64,000 nt of DNA, taken from assembly GCA_035221665.1 (NCBI GenBank), contig CM069141.1, positions 32,860,001 to 32,924,000 of the forward strand. The letters are read 5' to 3'. Under the pieces are notes generated by a model that did no database searches, had not been told where the DNA came from, and saw only the letters and a program-made list of their open reading frames with translations. Shown piece by piece: positions 25,510 to 38,083 of the stretch; position 1 is the stretch's first letter, and each line of letters opens with the position of its first letter. A program made the position numbers and the translations under genes. This DNA is from Okamejei kenojei (taxonomy: Eukaryota).

Positions 25510-26552
25510 AAAGAGTCAAAAGAGTCAAAAGTCAAAAGAGTTTATTGTCATGTGTCCCTGACAGGACAATGAAATGCTTTCTTTGCATAGCAGAACAGAA
25601 CATAGTAGGCATTGACTACAATTATATACTTAAATACACACATTAATTAATAAAGTGTAAATAACAGATGGAGGAGTATTAATGTTCAGAGTTTTGTCCG
25701 AGCCAGGTTTAATAGCCTGATGGCTGTGGAGAAATAGCTATTCCTGAACCGGGTCGTTGCAGTTCTCAGGCTCCTGTACCTTCTACCCGAAGGTAGCAGG
25801 GAGATGAGTGTGTGGCCAGGGTGGTGTGGGTCCTTGATGATGCTGCCAGCCTTTTTGAGGCAGCGACTGTGGTAGAACCCCCTTGATGGAAGGAAGGTCA
25901 GAGCCAGACTGATGGACTGGACCTGGTTTACTAACTTCACTTTTTGTAGTCTTCCTCTCCAGTGCACTTAATTGCCGAACCAAGCCACGATGCAACCGTC
26001 AGCAAGCTCTCTACTGTGCACCTGTAGATCCTTGACAGACCGAACTCTCCAGTAATCTTCTCGGAAGTAGAGGCCTGATGAGCTTTCTTAATAAACTGCA
26101 TCTGTGTTCTCGACCAGGAAAGATCTTCACAGATTGTGCACGCCCAGGAATTTAAAGCTCTTGACCCTTTCAACCATCGACCCGTTGATATAAACAGGAC
26201 TGTGGGTCCCCATCCTACTCCTTCCAAAGTCCACAATCAGTTCCTTGGTTTTGCTGGTGTTGAGGGCCAGGTTATTGTGTTGGCACCATATGGACAGTCA
26301 CTCGATCTGTCTTCTGTACTCCGACTCATCCCCATCAGTGATATGTCCCACAACAGTGGTGTCGTCAGCGAACTTGATGATGGAGTTCGCACTATGACCG
26401 GCTACGCAGTCATGAGTATAGAGTGAGTACAGCAGGGGGCTGAGCACGCAGCTCTGAGGTGCTACCGTGCTGATTGTTATCGAGTCTGACACATTTCCAC
26501 CAATACGAACAGACTGTGGTCTGTGAATGAGGAAGTCGAGGATCCTATTGCA
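25510..26552 (-). mobile_element. Rex1/Babar LINE, 5'-truncated and frameshifted
   Basis: RT motifs [30 protein letters not shown]; C-terminus IIKDPHHPGH..LLPSGRRYRS..RFRNSYF; tgacaataaa + (tcttttgac) tail. Confidence 0.9.
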
Positions 26553-27016
26553 GTACAAGCATTGAAAAGCAGTACAAGCATTGAAGAGATATTAGTTATT
26601 GAAGAGCTGCTATTTCAAGCACAGAGGAAAAGTCATATGGGCTGAGAGTAAAGGGGTGAAGATTAATAAAAAATATACAATTGGGAACGCAACGTTAAAT
26701 CACAACTTAAATGCTTCAATCCTTTTCTGTCCTGATGTTTCACCAGTGTTAATTATTTTCACTAGGAATTTAGGGCATTTCAATGACAAATGTCTCTCTA
26801 AATGAGGAAGCTAAGCAGTAACTAGTATTTTGACTGACCAGTGAATAAACCATGGAGTGGTGATTATTCTTAAACAGTATTGTTTTAACTCTGAGACTAT
26901 CACAGTTCAGCCCATTCTTAATCAGTGCAACAAACACAAGTGTTTGAGAGTTAAGTGTCCAAATGTTAATGTGCAGACCTTTTGTTGCAATTCGATTTTG
27001 CTTTGTCTCTTTACAG

Positions 27017-27100
27017 TTTCTGAGAAGAGTTACCTGTACATGAATACTTCAGACTGTCGGAATGGCACAAGTTTTGTGGAATCCTTGTTTGAGGAGTTTG
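27017..27100 (+). CDS. AFAP1L1: AFAP1L1 coding exon 3 (SEKSYLYMNTSDCRNGTSFVESLFEEF)
   Basis: ttacag acceptor, G|gtacgt donor, 84 nt phase 1-1; YLY.NT and SFVESLFEEFD motifs. Confidence 0.95.
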
Positions 27101-27689
27101 GTACGTAATGAAATAATTTTGCTTTAATGTAATTTTAAGGGTAGTTGTGATTTTTTTGGAACCACGAGGGCCCAGATTGTCTTTTCAATAGCAGCCCACC
27201 TGCCAGTACTCACCGTAATTGTAAAATTGACATTAAAATGCGCGGTGAAATGTGTTAGAAAGGAAGATGTTGCTAATAAAATCCTGTGGGTGTAGCGTTG
27301 AGTTACTGCAACTTTTGAAGAATCTCACATTAATTTATGCTGCTTATTACAACTGTTAACATATTGAAAATGTTAAATATTGTTGAATGGGGTGTAATTG
27401 TGTTCCTAGAATCTTCAAGCACCAGAATGAGGCCATTTGTCCAGTGTGTACCTGCTAATCCTTGTACAGTAATCCATACAGTCCCATTGCCTGCTCTCCC
27501 TGTACACCTACAAATTATTTCTCCGCAATGGCTAACCTGGCTTGTATAAAGGGGTACAATGTAGTTGCTGCTGAACTGCTGCTTTGGCCCTTAAAAGTGC
27601 AAAGATTAATGTATTTTGAGCACTTTCTTGATGATCTTTAATCTGCTGTTCTTCTAAAGACAAAAAAAAAGACGCCAGAGCTGGACTCT

Positions 27690-28280
27690 GCAACTAAATA
27701 TTAGAATGCTGGGGGGACTCAGTGCGTCAAGCAGCAACTGTGGAGGCAAAAAGGTTTTAGTCAACATTTTTGGTCAAGACCCTACATTAGAACTGCGAGG
27801 AAAGAGGAAAGATTGCTAGCGTCTAATAGTATAGGAAGGTAAACATACAGATTGGAAGGTGTGAATGGAACCAAATGGGGAGGGGATGATGGGTAGATGG
27901 ACTCAAATGGGCGAGAAAGATGGGAAGGGTGAACAAAGGGAGAAGAACATTAGGTGTATGTGGGTTACCTGAATTAGAAAACTCATTATTAGTACCATTG
28001 AGTTCTGTGTCACCCAAGCAGCATATGAAATGTTGTTCTTCCAATTTCCACTTGGCTTCTCCGTAACAATGGGGAAAGCCGAGGACAGACAGGTCAGTGC
28101 GGGAGTGGGAAATAAAATGACAAACAACTGGAAGCCATTGTGGATAGAGCGAAGATATTCTACAGAGGTCCCCCTGGTCTATGCTTTGTTTGTACCAATA
28201 TAGAGGAGGCCACATTGTGAGCATTTAAAGACCAGATCGGAAGACATGCAGGTGAATCTCTGCCTCACTTGAAAGAGCGA
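27690..28280 (-). mobile_element. Penelope-like element remnant (GIY-YIG endonuclease C-terminus plus terminal repeat)
   Basis: Minus ORF SHSRTDLSVLG..HC..EAKWKLEEQHFICCLG....G.N.EFSN. Confidence 0.75.
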
Positions 28281-28314
28281 GTTATGACACCACTGAATGT
28301 GCTTGACTTTAATC

Positions 28315-28815
28315 AGTATAGAGTCATACAGCACAGAAACAGGCCTTTCATCCCAGCTTGTCCATGCCGACTCAGGTGCCCCATCTGCACAAGACTAACC
28401 TGCCCATGATTGGCCCATATGCCTTTAAACCTTTCGCTATCCGAATGCCTTTTAAATGTTGTTATTGCACCTGCATCAACTACTTCCTCTGAGAGCTCAT
28501 TCCATGTGCCCACCATGTCCGTATGGAAAAAGGTGCCTCTCTGATTCCTATTAAACCATTCCCCTTTCACCTTCAAACTATGTCCTCTGGTTCTTGATTC
28601 CTCTACTCTGGGTAAAAGACCCTGTGTATCTACCCTATGTATTTCCCTCATGATCTTATACACCTCTATACGATCATCTATCATTCTCCTACGCTCCAAG
28701 GAATGCAGTCCTAGCATCTCCAACCTCTCCTGATAGCTCAGGCACTCAAGTCCTGATAACATCCTCGTAAATCTTCTCTGCACTCTTTCCAGCTTAACAG
28801 CATTGTTCCTACAGT
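28315..28815 (-). mobile_element. CR1 LINE 3' fragment
   Basis: ORF LERVQRRFTRML..LSYQERL..LGLHSLERRR..EVYKI..SRTRGH. Confidence 0.9.
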
Positions 28816-29129
28816 ATCTCAGCATACTGGTTCTGAAATAAGCAACTATCTAAGCATGAGATGGAAAAGGTCATATCAATTGCCAAGTACGCTTTGATTA
28901 TCTGGAAGGCAATGAATGGACTAAAGAACAAAGAACATAAAAAGATTACAGCCCAGGAACAGGCACTTTGCACGTCTCACCTGAGAGCAATACCCTCTAG
29001 TATTTGACATTTCCACCCTGCGAAAAAGGTGCTGACTGTCCACCCTATTAATGCCTCTTATCATTTTATAAACTTCTATCAGGTCTTCCCACAGCTTCTG
29101 ACAGTCCAGAGAAAATGATCCAAGTTTGT

Positions 29130-29560
29130 CAATTGCCAGACTGAGGTCACACGCAAACTGGTGAACTAGCACTTCATTTTCCACTTGGGTAGCTTATAAC
29201 CCAAAGATATGAACATTAAATTCTCCAAATTCAAGTGACACTCCCCCAAAACGCCATCCCTCCCTCCCTTTCCCCTAACCCTCACCCACCATGGGGTACA
29301 CACATATTCCCTATATCTCTAAGCACCCCAGTCACCCTGCCATTTTTCCTTGCCTCCGTATGCTTATCTCCTATCCCTGAGTCCCATATTTCTTTTATCC
29401 ACCATCTTCTCCCTCCCCTCCCCCCATCCTCTTTCACCCACATCTCTCGTGTTCCTCCTTCCTAACCTAACACCTTGTTAACCCATTTCATCTCTAACTT
29501 TATTACTTACTCCACTCATTCTTCTAATCCCCACCCTCCACATTCTTTCTGAAATTGGTG
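29130..29560 (+). mobile_element. Penelope-like 3' remnant (GIY-YIG end plus pyrimidine-rich UTR), next to a CR1 fragment (28925-29130, minus)
   Basis: cgcaaactggtgaactagcacttcattttccacttgggtagctt..atgaacattaaattctcc (RKL.EQHLIF.LG.L.P..MNI.FS-like). Confidence 0.65.
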
Positions 29561-31639
29561 ATGAGAACAGTAATAACCGAGGAATCCATGACCTAGCAAA
29601 TATAATTCCTAATAAACAGCTGAATGAATGTAACTCTAGGCAAAATTCTAACCCAAACTCATTTTAGCAATGCATTGTATATAAAATCCATGATGGCCAT
29701 CATAATTGAAAAGATGAAAAACAAACGCAAGTTCCCAGTGGTTTGCTCAGAGAGACAATCTCCGATCACTGTGTCAACAGAGTTAAATCTTTTTGTCTAT
29801 TTTTTATTTAATGGTGGATTTGTCCATTGCAGAGCAGATTCAATGGGCCGAATGGCCAAATGCTGCTCCTTTATCTTGTGGTCTTCTGATTATTTACATT
29901 TCAGAAAAATAGCTTCTTAGTATTGAATAGCCATTAACTTCATTGAAACAAGTGTGTGTTTCAATACCCTGCTTTGCTTGCAATGTATTGCAGCCCTGGA
30001 GACTATAAAGAGACCTCTGAGTATCATTCATTGCTTTATAGGTTTTAGTTGACATTGTACATGTTTGCAGTTATTTCAAATTGAACATATTTTCCATTTG
30101 CGTCCCATTAAGAATACTTCAGCTAATGTGGACTAGGGGGAATGATAAGATCTTATGTGAACAAATTCCATTTATCAACTGGAACAACAGAAGACAAATT
30201 CAATATAACTCGAGGCATTGACTGAAAGACATTAACACTGTGAAAACAATCTCAGAACAGCTCCCGTCTTGAAATGGGGAAAAAAATGGTTGATAACTAG
30301 AGACTTCAGTAAAAATGTAAATATAATTGAGGGAATCTTGGAATTGGAGATTCCACAGATTACTAAGAAAATAAGGTTCATACAAAACAAAATAGATTGC
30401 AGCTCATATAATGAAATCAGAACAAAATGGGCAGAATATGAATTAGTATGCTATAATGATATTTTTTAAACTCCTCGACAGATTGCAATCTAGAGGTTAA
30501 ATTTTACTGCTAGCCTATCCTTAAAATCTTGCTATCATTCATTAACAAGCTATTCACTTCCTGGTCACTGTTGTTAATCCCTGAAAAGCCAATTTTGAAA
30601 CAGATTTATGAATTGTGATGCAGGATTAACCAGCAGCTATTGGTTCCAATGAGGTTAGCGTGCTAATGTAAATGTGCCTGCTAATTAATACAATGTAGAT
30701 TGTAACCAGCACTAAATGCATTGTTTACTCATTGTACGCTTCAGCATGTTGCAGATGTCCCCTTGTTAGTGGCTTGCACCTACGACATAAAGCTGGTTTG
30801 CTCTGCATAAAGGAAAGGTCAGAAGGCTGGGATAGGTTCTGCATTTCACTCTAACTCTCACTCTAATATGATAAAGGGCATAAAGACATAATGCCATTAG
30901 AGATTGAGGTCCACAATATTCCATTCTGAGGTAGAACATTTTATGTCAGAGATGTTGGGAGTGAGGTATGTCAATTATCCAGAATAGTTTCTGGGAACTA
31001 CAAGTAAGATCCCTCTTTATCACTCATTATTCCCTTTATCCTTTATCTGTGCACTGTAGATGGCTTGCTTACATAGAAACATAGAAAAATAGATGCAGGA
31101 GTAGGCCATTTGGCCCTTGGTGCCAGCACTGCCATTCAATATGATCATGGCTGATCATCAAAAATCAGTACCCTGTTCCTGCCTTTTCACCATGTCCCTT
31201 GATTCCTTTAGCCCCAAAAGCTTACATTCATGTATAGTCTTTTCTTTGACTGGATAGCACTCAAACAAAAGCTTTTCACAGTACCTCGATACACATGACA
31301 ATAATAAACTAAATTAAACTATTCACTCATGGGATGCTCACCTTACTGACAATCCCAGCATTTAGTGTCCATCAGTACTTTCCTCTGAATCAGAAGGATC
31401 AACACTGATAGATCTGGCTCTAAGTGGAATGGGGATGGAAGGATGGCTGGTTTACTTCTTTGAAGGAACCAAATGAGGTTTTCCAGCAATCCTTAATCTG
31501 TATGGTTGCCATTACTGAGATTTGATTCTGTAACTTTATCTATCTACTTGAAATTCCCCAGAGGCGGCTGCGGGATTCAAGTTCCTGCCTCAGAATCAAT
31601 GAACCGCAACTCTGAATGCAATCAAATAGCTCAACCATT

Positions 31640-32660
31640 AAATAACATGAACAGGACTTCACAAAGCAAATGACAAGTGGCAGGGAATGGAGTAAACTTT
31701 GCTTGCTCTTCCTTCTTGACCTAGCTGCAGTCTTTGACATGGTAGCCGATTCATACTCTCCAATGCCTTTTCATCATAGTCTTGTTGGGAAGGACTACAT
31801 TCCATTGCTATGTGAAGATGGGGAGCTACCAGCAATAATTTATCTGCTCAAGTATGCACATGGAGTCACTCTTATCTCCCGTCCTATTTCTTGGTCACAT
31901 CAACCAAGGTTGCAGATGTACGCTATTTGCATTCAGCTCTATCTCACAACACCTCACTTGCCCCTTCTACTTTACCTGATCTTTACATAGCATAATCATT
32001 ACCCAATATTGGTTGAACAGTGAATTCACCAACTAAATATTGAGAAGCCCAATGCCATTGGGTCCATAACTTCTGTTCCCAAGCACCTGATACCCTGTCC
32101 CGGACTTTCTCCGAGGTTGAAACAGCTTGTTCCAATCTTTTCTATCATGTTTGGTCTTGAACAAGACATTCCGACCACAAATCCACACCCAGCTGGGCTG
32201 CTGATGTCTATTTCCCCAATCCTACTCCAGCCTGCTGCTCTTGTCATTTTCCTTGCCTTTGTTGGCCTTATGCTTAACTAGTCAAATGCCATTTCAATTG
32301 GTCCAATCTGTAATCTTTCTCAAATAAGATTATCTAAAACGGTGCGGTTCTTGTGCTCTCTCACACAATGTTCTGCATGCCAATCTTGTGTTTGCTGACT
32401 TCCATTGGTTTCTGGTCTGCTCGCATGTTGATTGTAAAATTCTTATTGAGTTCAGATGTCTCCACAGCCACACCCCTCATTTGCACTATAACATCACAGG
32501 CTGTAAAATAAAAGCCTTGAGATACTCAGGCTTTTTCAGTTCTGGCCCTTCGTATGTCTTGCCTAAGCACATTGAGCAACAGAAATGTTTCACTTCATCA
32601 ACATTGCACTATTTGTGGAAATTATCCTGCTGCACATCTTTTGCAGGAGCCTAATGAGGA
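31640..32660 (+). mobile_element. Old L2-type LINE remnant
   Basis: LLDLAAVFDMV (cf. LLDLSAAFDTV) and MYAICIQLYL (cf. YADDTQLYL) motifs. Confidence 0.65.
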
Positions 32661-34734
32661 AGGCCATGGAAATGTGATGCTACAAGACTCCAGCAGAATG
32701 CCAGATAAATCTGCATCAGTTTAAAACTACTGCAATGTTCCTTAACCATGCCAGCAGCATAAATCTCACTGGTCAGAAAAACGACGACATAAATTTGATA
32801 TTTGATAGGCTAAAAAAGAAAGAGAAATGGCAGTGTAAAATTATCCATGGCAGAAGCAGACATTTGTTCTCTTCTTGACCTTCATTCCAGAAATATATAT
32901 ATTTAAAGAAAAACGTTACAGTAGCACAGTTGGTTTAAATCTACCTGTCAGAATTTTCTTTCTAACTCTGTTTACTTTAAAGAAGTTCAAGTTTCCACAG
33001 TAGGGATCAATTTCAGAATTTTGTGCTTTGCGTACTCTTGCCTCCGATGTCTGCTCTTTGTCCTTGGCTTCCTTGAACTTCACATGAAGTGAACTTCACT
33101 TCAAAGAAGCTGGTTTGTGCTAGCGCTGATTACTGTAATGCCTCTACCATTGTCTCAGCCACGTTCAAACATCTGGCTTCTGGGATTACATGTGATGGGG
33201 ATTGTTGGGAGTGTTGTCATTTCAAATATCATTATTCATTAGTTCATATTATTAATGAGATTTCTGCGTGTAACTCACAACATTGTCCATGTTGAGCTGG
33301 AAAATAGGCATGTTCAGTGGACTACTCGGGGCTCATGAAAGAAGATGTTATTCAAGGTGAAGTATTTGCAATGGGTATTTTAATGGCTTCAAATTCCTTG
33401 GGAATATTCTTTTTAAAAATGCTATCTAGTTTTGAGCATAGTTTGACTTAAATGTCTCCAGAAACCAATTTAAAAGTGATTGGAGGTTTTGTGCATGTGT
33501 GTGTCTGCCATATCCCTTTATTCCTCTAAGATCCAGAAATATCAACCTAATTTTTTAATGCAGTGACAGCTATTTGGAATAGGGAAGTCCAAAGATTCAA
33601 TGCCATTGAGCGGTGATTTCTCTGCATTTCAAAACTAAATGGTCTACCCATTATTTAAGATGGTGATCCTCTAGTTCAGGACTGCTCAGTCAGGAAAACA
33701 CTCTTCACATATCTACCCTGTCAAGCCCTCGAATAATTGAGCTTGTCTAATGTGCCTATCTAAAAGTCTCTGAAACACCATTATCATATTTGCTTCCACC
33801 ACCACCCCTGACAGAACATTAGAGACACACTCTGTGTAAAAGATAATCTCCTTCGCACATCTCCTGCGAACATTGCTTTTCTCATCTTAAAAGCTATATG
33901 CTCTAGCATTTGACTTTTCCGCCCTGGCAAAAAAATGTTCAGACTGCCTACCCTATCAATATCTCACAATTGTATACCTTTATATCAAGTCTGCCCTCAG
34001 CCTCCGGCGCTCAAATGAACATAGCATCCAAGGAACCGTTCTGGTGAGTCTTCATTGCACTCCCTTTATAATAAATGGGGTTTTTTTTTTGGAACATATT
34101 CAGCCTTATTCCTTGGAATTACAATACTGCACCCATTGTTATGCACAGTAAGAGACCAGGGTCAATATCTCAATTGGGTTTCTTTACACAATCATTACGG
34201 CCAATCATTAAGACAATATCGGGTCACTGATCCAGAAACACATTTCACCTTCTTGATGAGAACATTAAATGACAGTACTCAATGGAAACCAGTCTTTCAC
34301 CTACTCTCTTGCATCATGGAGTCCAGTCAACAAACTGCATAGAAGAATCTCCCAGATTACTGTGATTAATGCCGTGGTTTGGCCTTTGTCAAAAATAAAC
34401 AGTTCAACTTTCGCTCTAGTGTACTATTAAGACAAACTGCACATTATTCTGAGTAATATCCCATAGATACTGCACGGGACCACATACAGAGAAGAAAATA
34501 TAGGCAAGGAAGTCATAAAGTACTACAGAAAAGGATGCTTGTCACCATCAGTGAATGAGTGTTCCAAAGGGAACGGAAAATTAAAAAAAATTGGAAAATG
34601 TGAAATTTATTACAACCTTTCAGCAGCACGAATGCTGGGGAATCATCAACCTGGCTAATTTTTGGCAATTGCCTCCTATGGTAACACGTGCTTTATCAAC
34701 TATATCAAATAACACTGTTAAATAAAATAATTTC

Positions 34735-35030
34735 ATATAAGGACCTAGGTTTCAGATGAGAGGAATTAGATTTCATAGGTCTGATGGGTAGCATTTTTAC
34801 ATAAAGGTTGGCGGGTGTATGGAATGAGCTGCCAGAGGATGGAGTTGAGGCAGGTACTATCGCAATGTTTAAGATACATTTATCCATCCTAACCCATGGA
34901 TAGGATAGGTTTAGAGGGATATGGGCCAAATGCAGGTAGGTGGGACTAATGTAGATGGATCATGTTGGTCAGTGTGGGAGTTCGGCCAAAGGGCCCGTTT
35001 CCATGCTGTATGGCTCTACGGCACTATATA
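34735..35030 (+). mobile_element. CR1 LINE 3' end
   Basis: tggaatgagctgccagagga..gttgaggcaggtact..; gggcccgtttccatgctgtatggctct tail. Confidence 0.8.
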
Positions 35031-35079
35031 TAGTGTAATTTTAAATATTGATGTATAAATCTTGCTCTTGTGATTACAG

Positions 35080-35174
35080 ATTGTGAACTACATGACCTTA
35101 AGGACATGCAGGAGGAGTGCAAGGAAGTGAATCGTATCGAGTTGCCACTACCAGAAACACCCCGTTCCAAATCA
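35080..35174 (+). CDS. AFAP1L1: AFAP1L1 coding exon 4 (DCELHDLKDMQEECKEVNRIELPLPETPRSKS)
   Basis: ttacag acceptor, gtgagt donor, 95 nt phase 1-0; continues ..EEF|DC.L.DL.DM motif. Confidence 0.9.
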
Positions 35175-35254
35175 GTGAGTCTTGGGCACCCGAGCATTTA
35201 ATTTCTTTTGCAGAAATCCTTCTTACACATTCCCTCGGTATTGGGGATGATTTA

Positions 35255-35802
35255 AAGGGCTGTCCCACTGCGGCAACCTAATTGGCGAGTTTAGAAGAGT
35301 TTGCCCTCGACTCATACTCGCAGCATGGTCGACACGAGGTCCAAGGAAGTCTTTGTAACTCTCCTTCGTGCTCGAGAGTAGTCCCCGTGTACTCAAGGTC
35401 TCAGCTAGGTTGCGTCGTATTTTTCAACATGCTGAAAAATGCCCGCGAGTATTGGGAGCTATGGAAAAAAATCGATATTTTTTACTCATAGTTTTAGTCG
35501 AAGTCGGACATAGTAGGTCGGCATGTTATTCGTAGGTAATCGAGGGTAGTCAAGGGTAATCAAAGGTAGTCGTAGATAGTCTTCAACGTAGTCGAAGGGT
35601 GGTCAAAGGAGATCGAAGGAGGTCGTCTTCACTCTCCACTATTCAGTGTCCAATTTTTCCCGAAGTTAGTCAAAGCTAGTCTTCAACATAGTCGAAGGAG
35701 GTCTTCTACATAGTCAAAGGAGGTCTTCAACTTGACACTTTTTCAAACTCTCCTAAACTCTTCTAAACTCGCCAATTAGGTCGCCGCAGAGGGACGGCCC
35801 CT
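35255..35802. mobile_element. PIF/Harbinger-type MITE
   Basis: About 48-bp TIRs (aagggctgtcccactgcggcaacctaattggcgagtttagaagagttt / reverse complement), TTA on both flanks, internal tagtcgaagg-like subrepeats, no transposase. Confidence 0.85.
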
Positions 35803-36314
35803 TTACACTCCAGTTTTATGGGTTCAGATAAAGCAAACATGGGAACCACAGACTCATTTCCACAGTTGGGGCAGAGGACCACTGAGATGCCAAGCAAAGG
35901 GGGTATTTATTTGTGAGGTGTCGTGCTCCCTTCGTAATCTGTGCAGGAACTATTATTTAAATTATGTCACATCATACCAGTTAATATTTCCAGTTCAACT
36001 ATGGGAATTTAAGTTTTATCAACAATGTTTTTTGTTCGTAAAAATGTGTAAAATATCTGCTGATAATAATTATTTTCTTTAAGCAGCAAACGGTTAGGCA
36101 CCAGATGGATGAATGTTGAAGAATTTGCAATCTGATTTGACCCCCCCCCTCCCCGCCACCAGTTAGCTCTCTTTCCTAACAATCCTGTAAACATGTCAAC
36201 CACAAAACACACCCTTAAACAGCTGAAATAAATGTAGATCTGTAAAACAATACCGACTATTTGTCCAAAGGGTGATGTAATAAGATGAATAACTTTTGTG
36301 TTACATGTTATTTA

Positions 36315-37520
36315 TTTGGTTTAGGTTTAGGCTTATTATTATCACGTGTACCAAGGTACAGTGAAAAGCTTTGTGTTGCTTGCCAGCTAAGTAGAGCAGC
36401 CAATGCAATACATAAATGCAACCCCACGTCTAATTCAAGTACAATAGGTAGAGCAAAGGGGAAGATAAAAAGTGCAGAATATGGTTCTCGGCATCGTAGC
36501 AAATCAGTTTCATAGACAGTCTATTGCCCACAATAGGGTGGAGGTGAATTGGACAGCACCCGAGCTTATGGAAGGACTATTTAGAAGCCTGATAATAGAG
36601 GGGAAGAAGCTGTTCCTGAGTCTGGTTGTGTGTGTTTTCAAACTTCTGTACCTTCTGCCTGACAGGTGCAAGAAGAAGGAATGATCAGAGTGGGACAGGT
36701 CTATGATTATGTTGACTGATTTTTTGAGGAAGCATGAAGTGTAGATGGAGTCAATGGCAGAAGGTCAGATCCATGTGATGGACCGGGCTACATCTACAAC
36801 TCTGCAATTTCCTGCAGTCTTGGGTAGAGCTATTCCCAAACCAAGTTGCAATGCAATCTGACAGTATGTTTTATTTGGTGCATCTGTAGAAGTTTGCAAG
36901 AATCATTGGAGACATGCAGAATTTCCTCAATCTCCTAAGGAAGTGGAGGCGTTGGCGTGCCTTCTTAGCACTCGCATCAATGCGGTTGGTCCACAACAGA
37001 TTGTTGGTAATATTAGTTCCAAGCAACTTGAAGACAATAGACAATAGGTGCAGGAGTGTGCCATTTGGCCCTTTGAGCTAGCACCGCCATTCAATGTGAT
37101 CATGGCATCTCTTGGACAAGCTCTCAATTATTTTGACATCTGCACCATTGATAGGGACATGTACTCCACCATGCTTCTTGAAGTTGACAACTTCTACATC
37201 CTGCTGACATCGAGAGAAAGGTTATTGTCTTGATACCATGTTACAAAGTTCTCTTCTTCCTGCTACTCGTCATTGTTTCTGATCTGGCCTACCACAGTGG
37301 CATCGAATGCAAACTTGTAGAGGGAGTTAGAACCAAATTTGGCCATATATGGGTGAGTGCATAGGGAGTAAAGGACTGAGAACATATCCATGTGTTGGGA
37401 ATAATTGTGGATAAAATGTTGTCACCTACCCTGACTGATAATGGTCTGTGGATTAGAAAGTTGATGATCCAGTTGCAGAGGGATTGCTGATTCCTAGGTC
37501 CAGGATGAGTTGTAGATGAG
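36315..37520 (-). mobile_element. Degenerate Rex1/Babar LINE with a short nested CR1 tail (about 37031-37108)
   Basis: ggtacagtgaaaagc tail region; gggaagaagctgttcctgag; gtggcatcgaatgcaaacttg (decayed KFADD.TV on the minus strand). Confidence 0.75.
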
Positions 37521-37900
37521 CTTAGATGGCATTTGGTGGATTACATGGGCTAGGTTTGACCAAGGATCAATGGACTTTAGGACATGTTAAATCAAAGCCC
37601 CATCTACCACCTTAGTTGTATACAAAATGCCCCACCTTTGAATTTCTTAGTGTGTTGGACAATCTTTATTCTTCAACCGACATAATTTTAACAAACTAGA
37701 TGAAAAGAAAACTGCAATTTTTCAAAATGTTTATGAAGAGTCTTTAACCTGTATCTTTATCTCTATTTCACCTTCCATTTATGCTAGCCAATCTGCTGAT
37801 TGTTTCCAGCAATTTCTGTTTTGTTTCACTTCAACAATTAAACTGGTTATTATCTCATTTTTGCTTTGGGGAACTCGGTGTATTGAAATTCAATTAATGA

Positions 37901-38083
<183 letters not shown>

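Noticed and set aside
31320-31570. Possible ancient Deu-domain/SacSINE-like SINE relics (also ~1760-1850, 11220-11490, 41000-41350)
   Set aside because: Too degenerate to assign by eye; needs a Dfam HMM search.
35490-35730. Short periodic repeats resembling a CRISPR array
   Set aside because: Vertebrate DNA; irregular ~10-nt subrepeats inside a MITE, with no spacers or cas genes.
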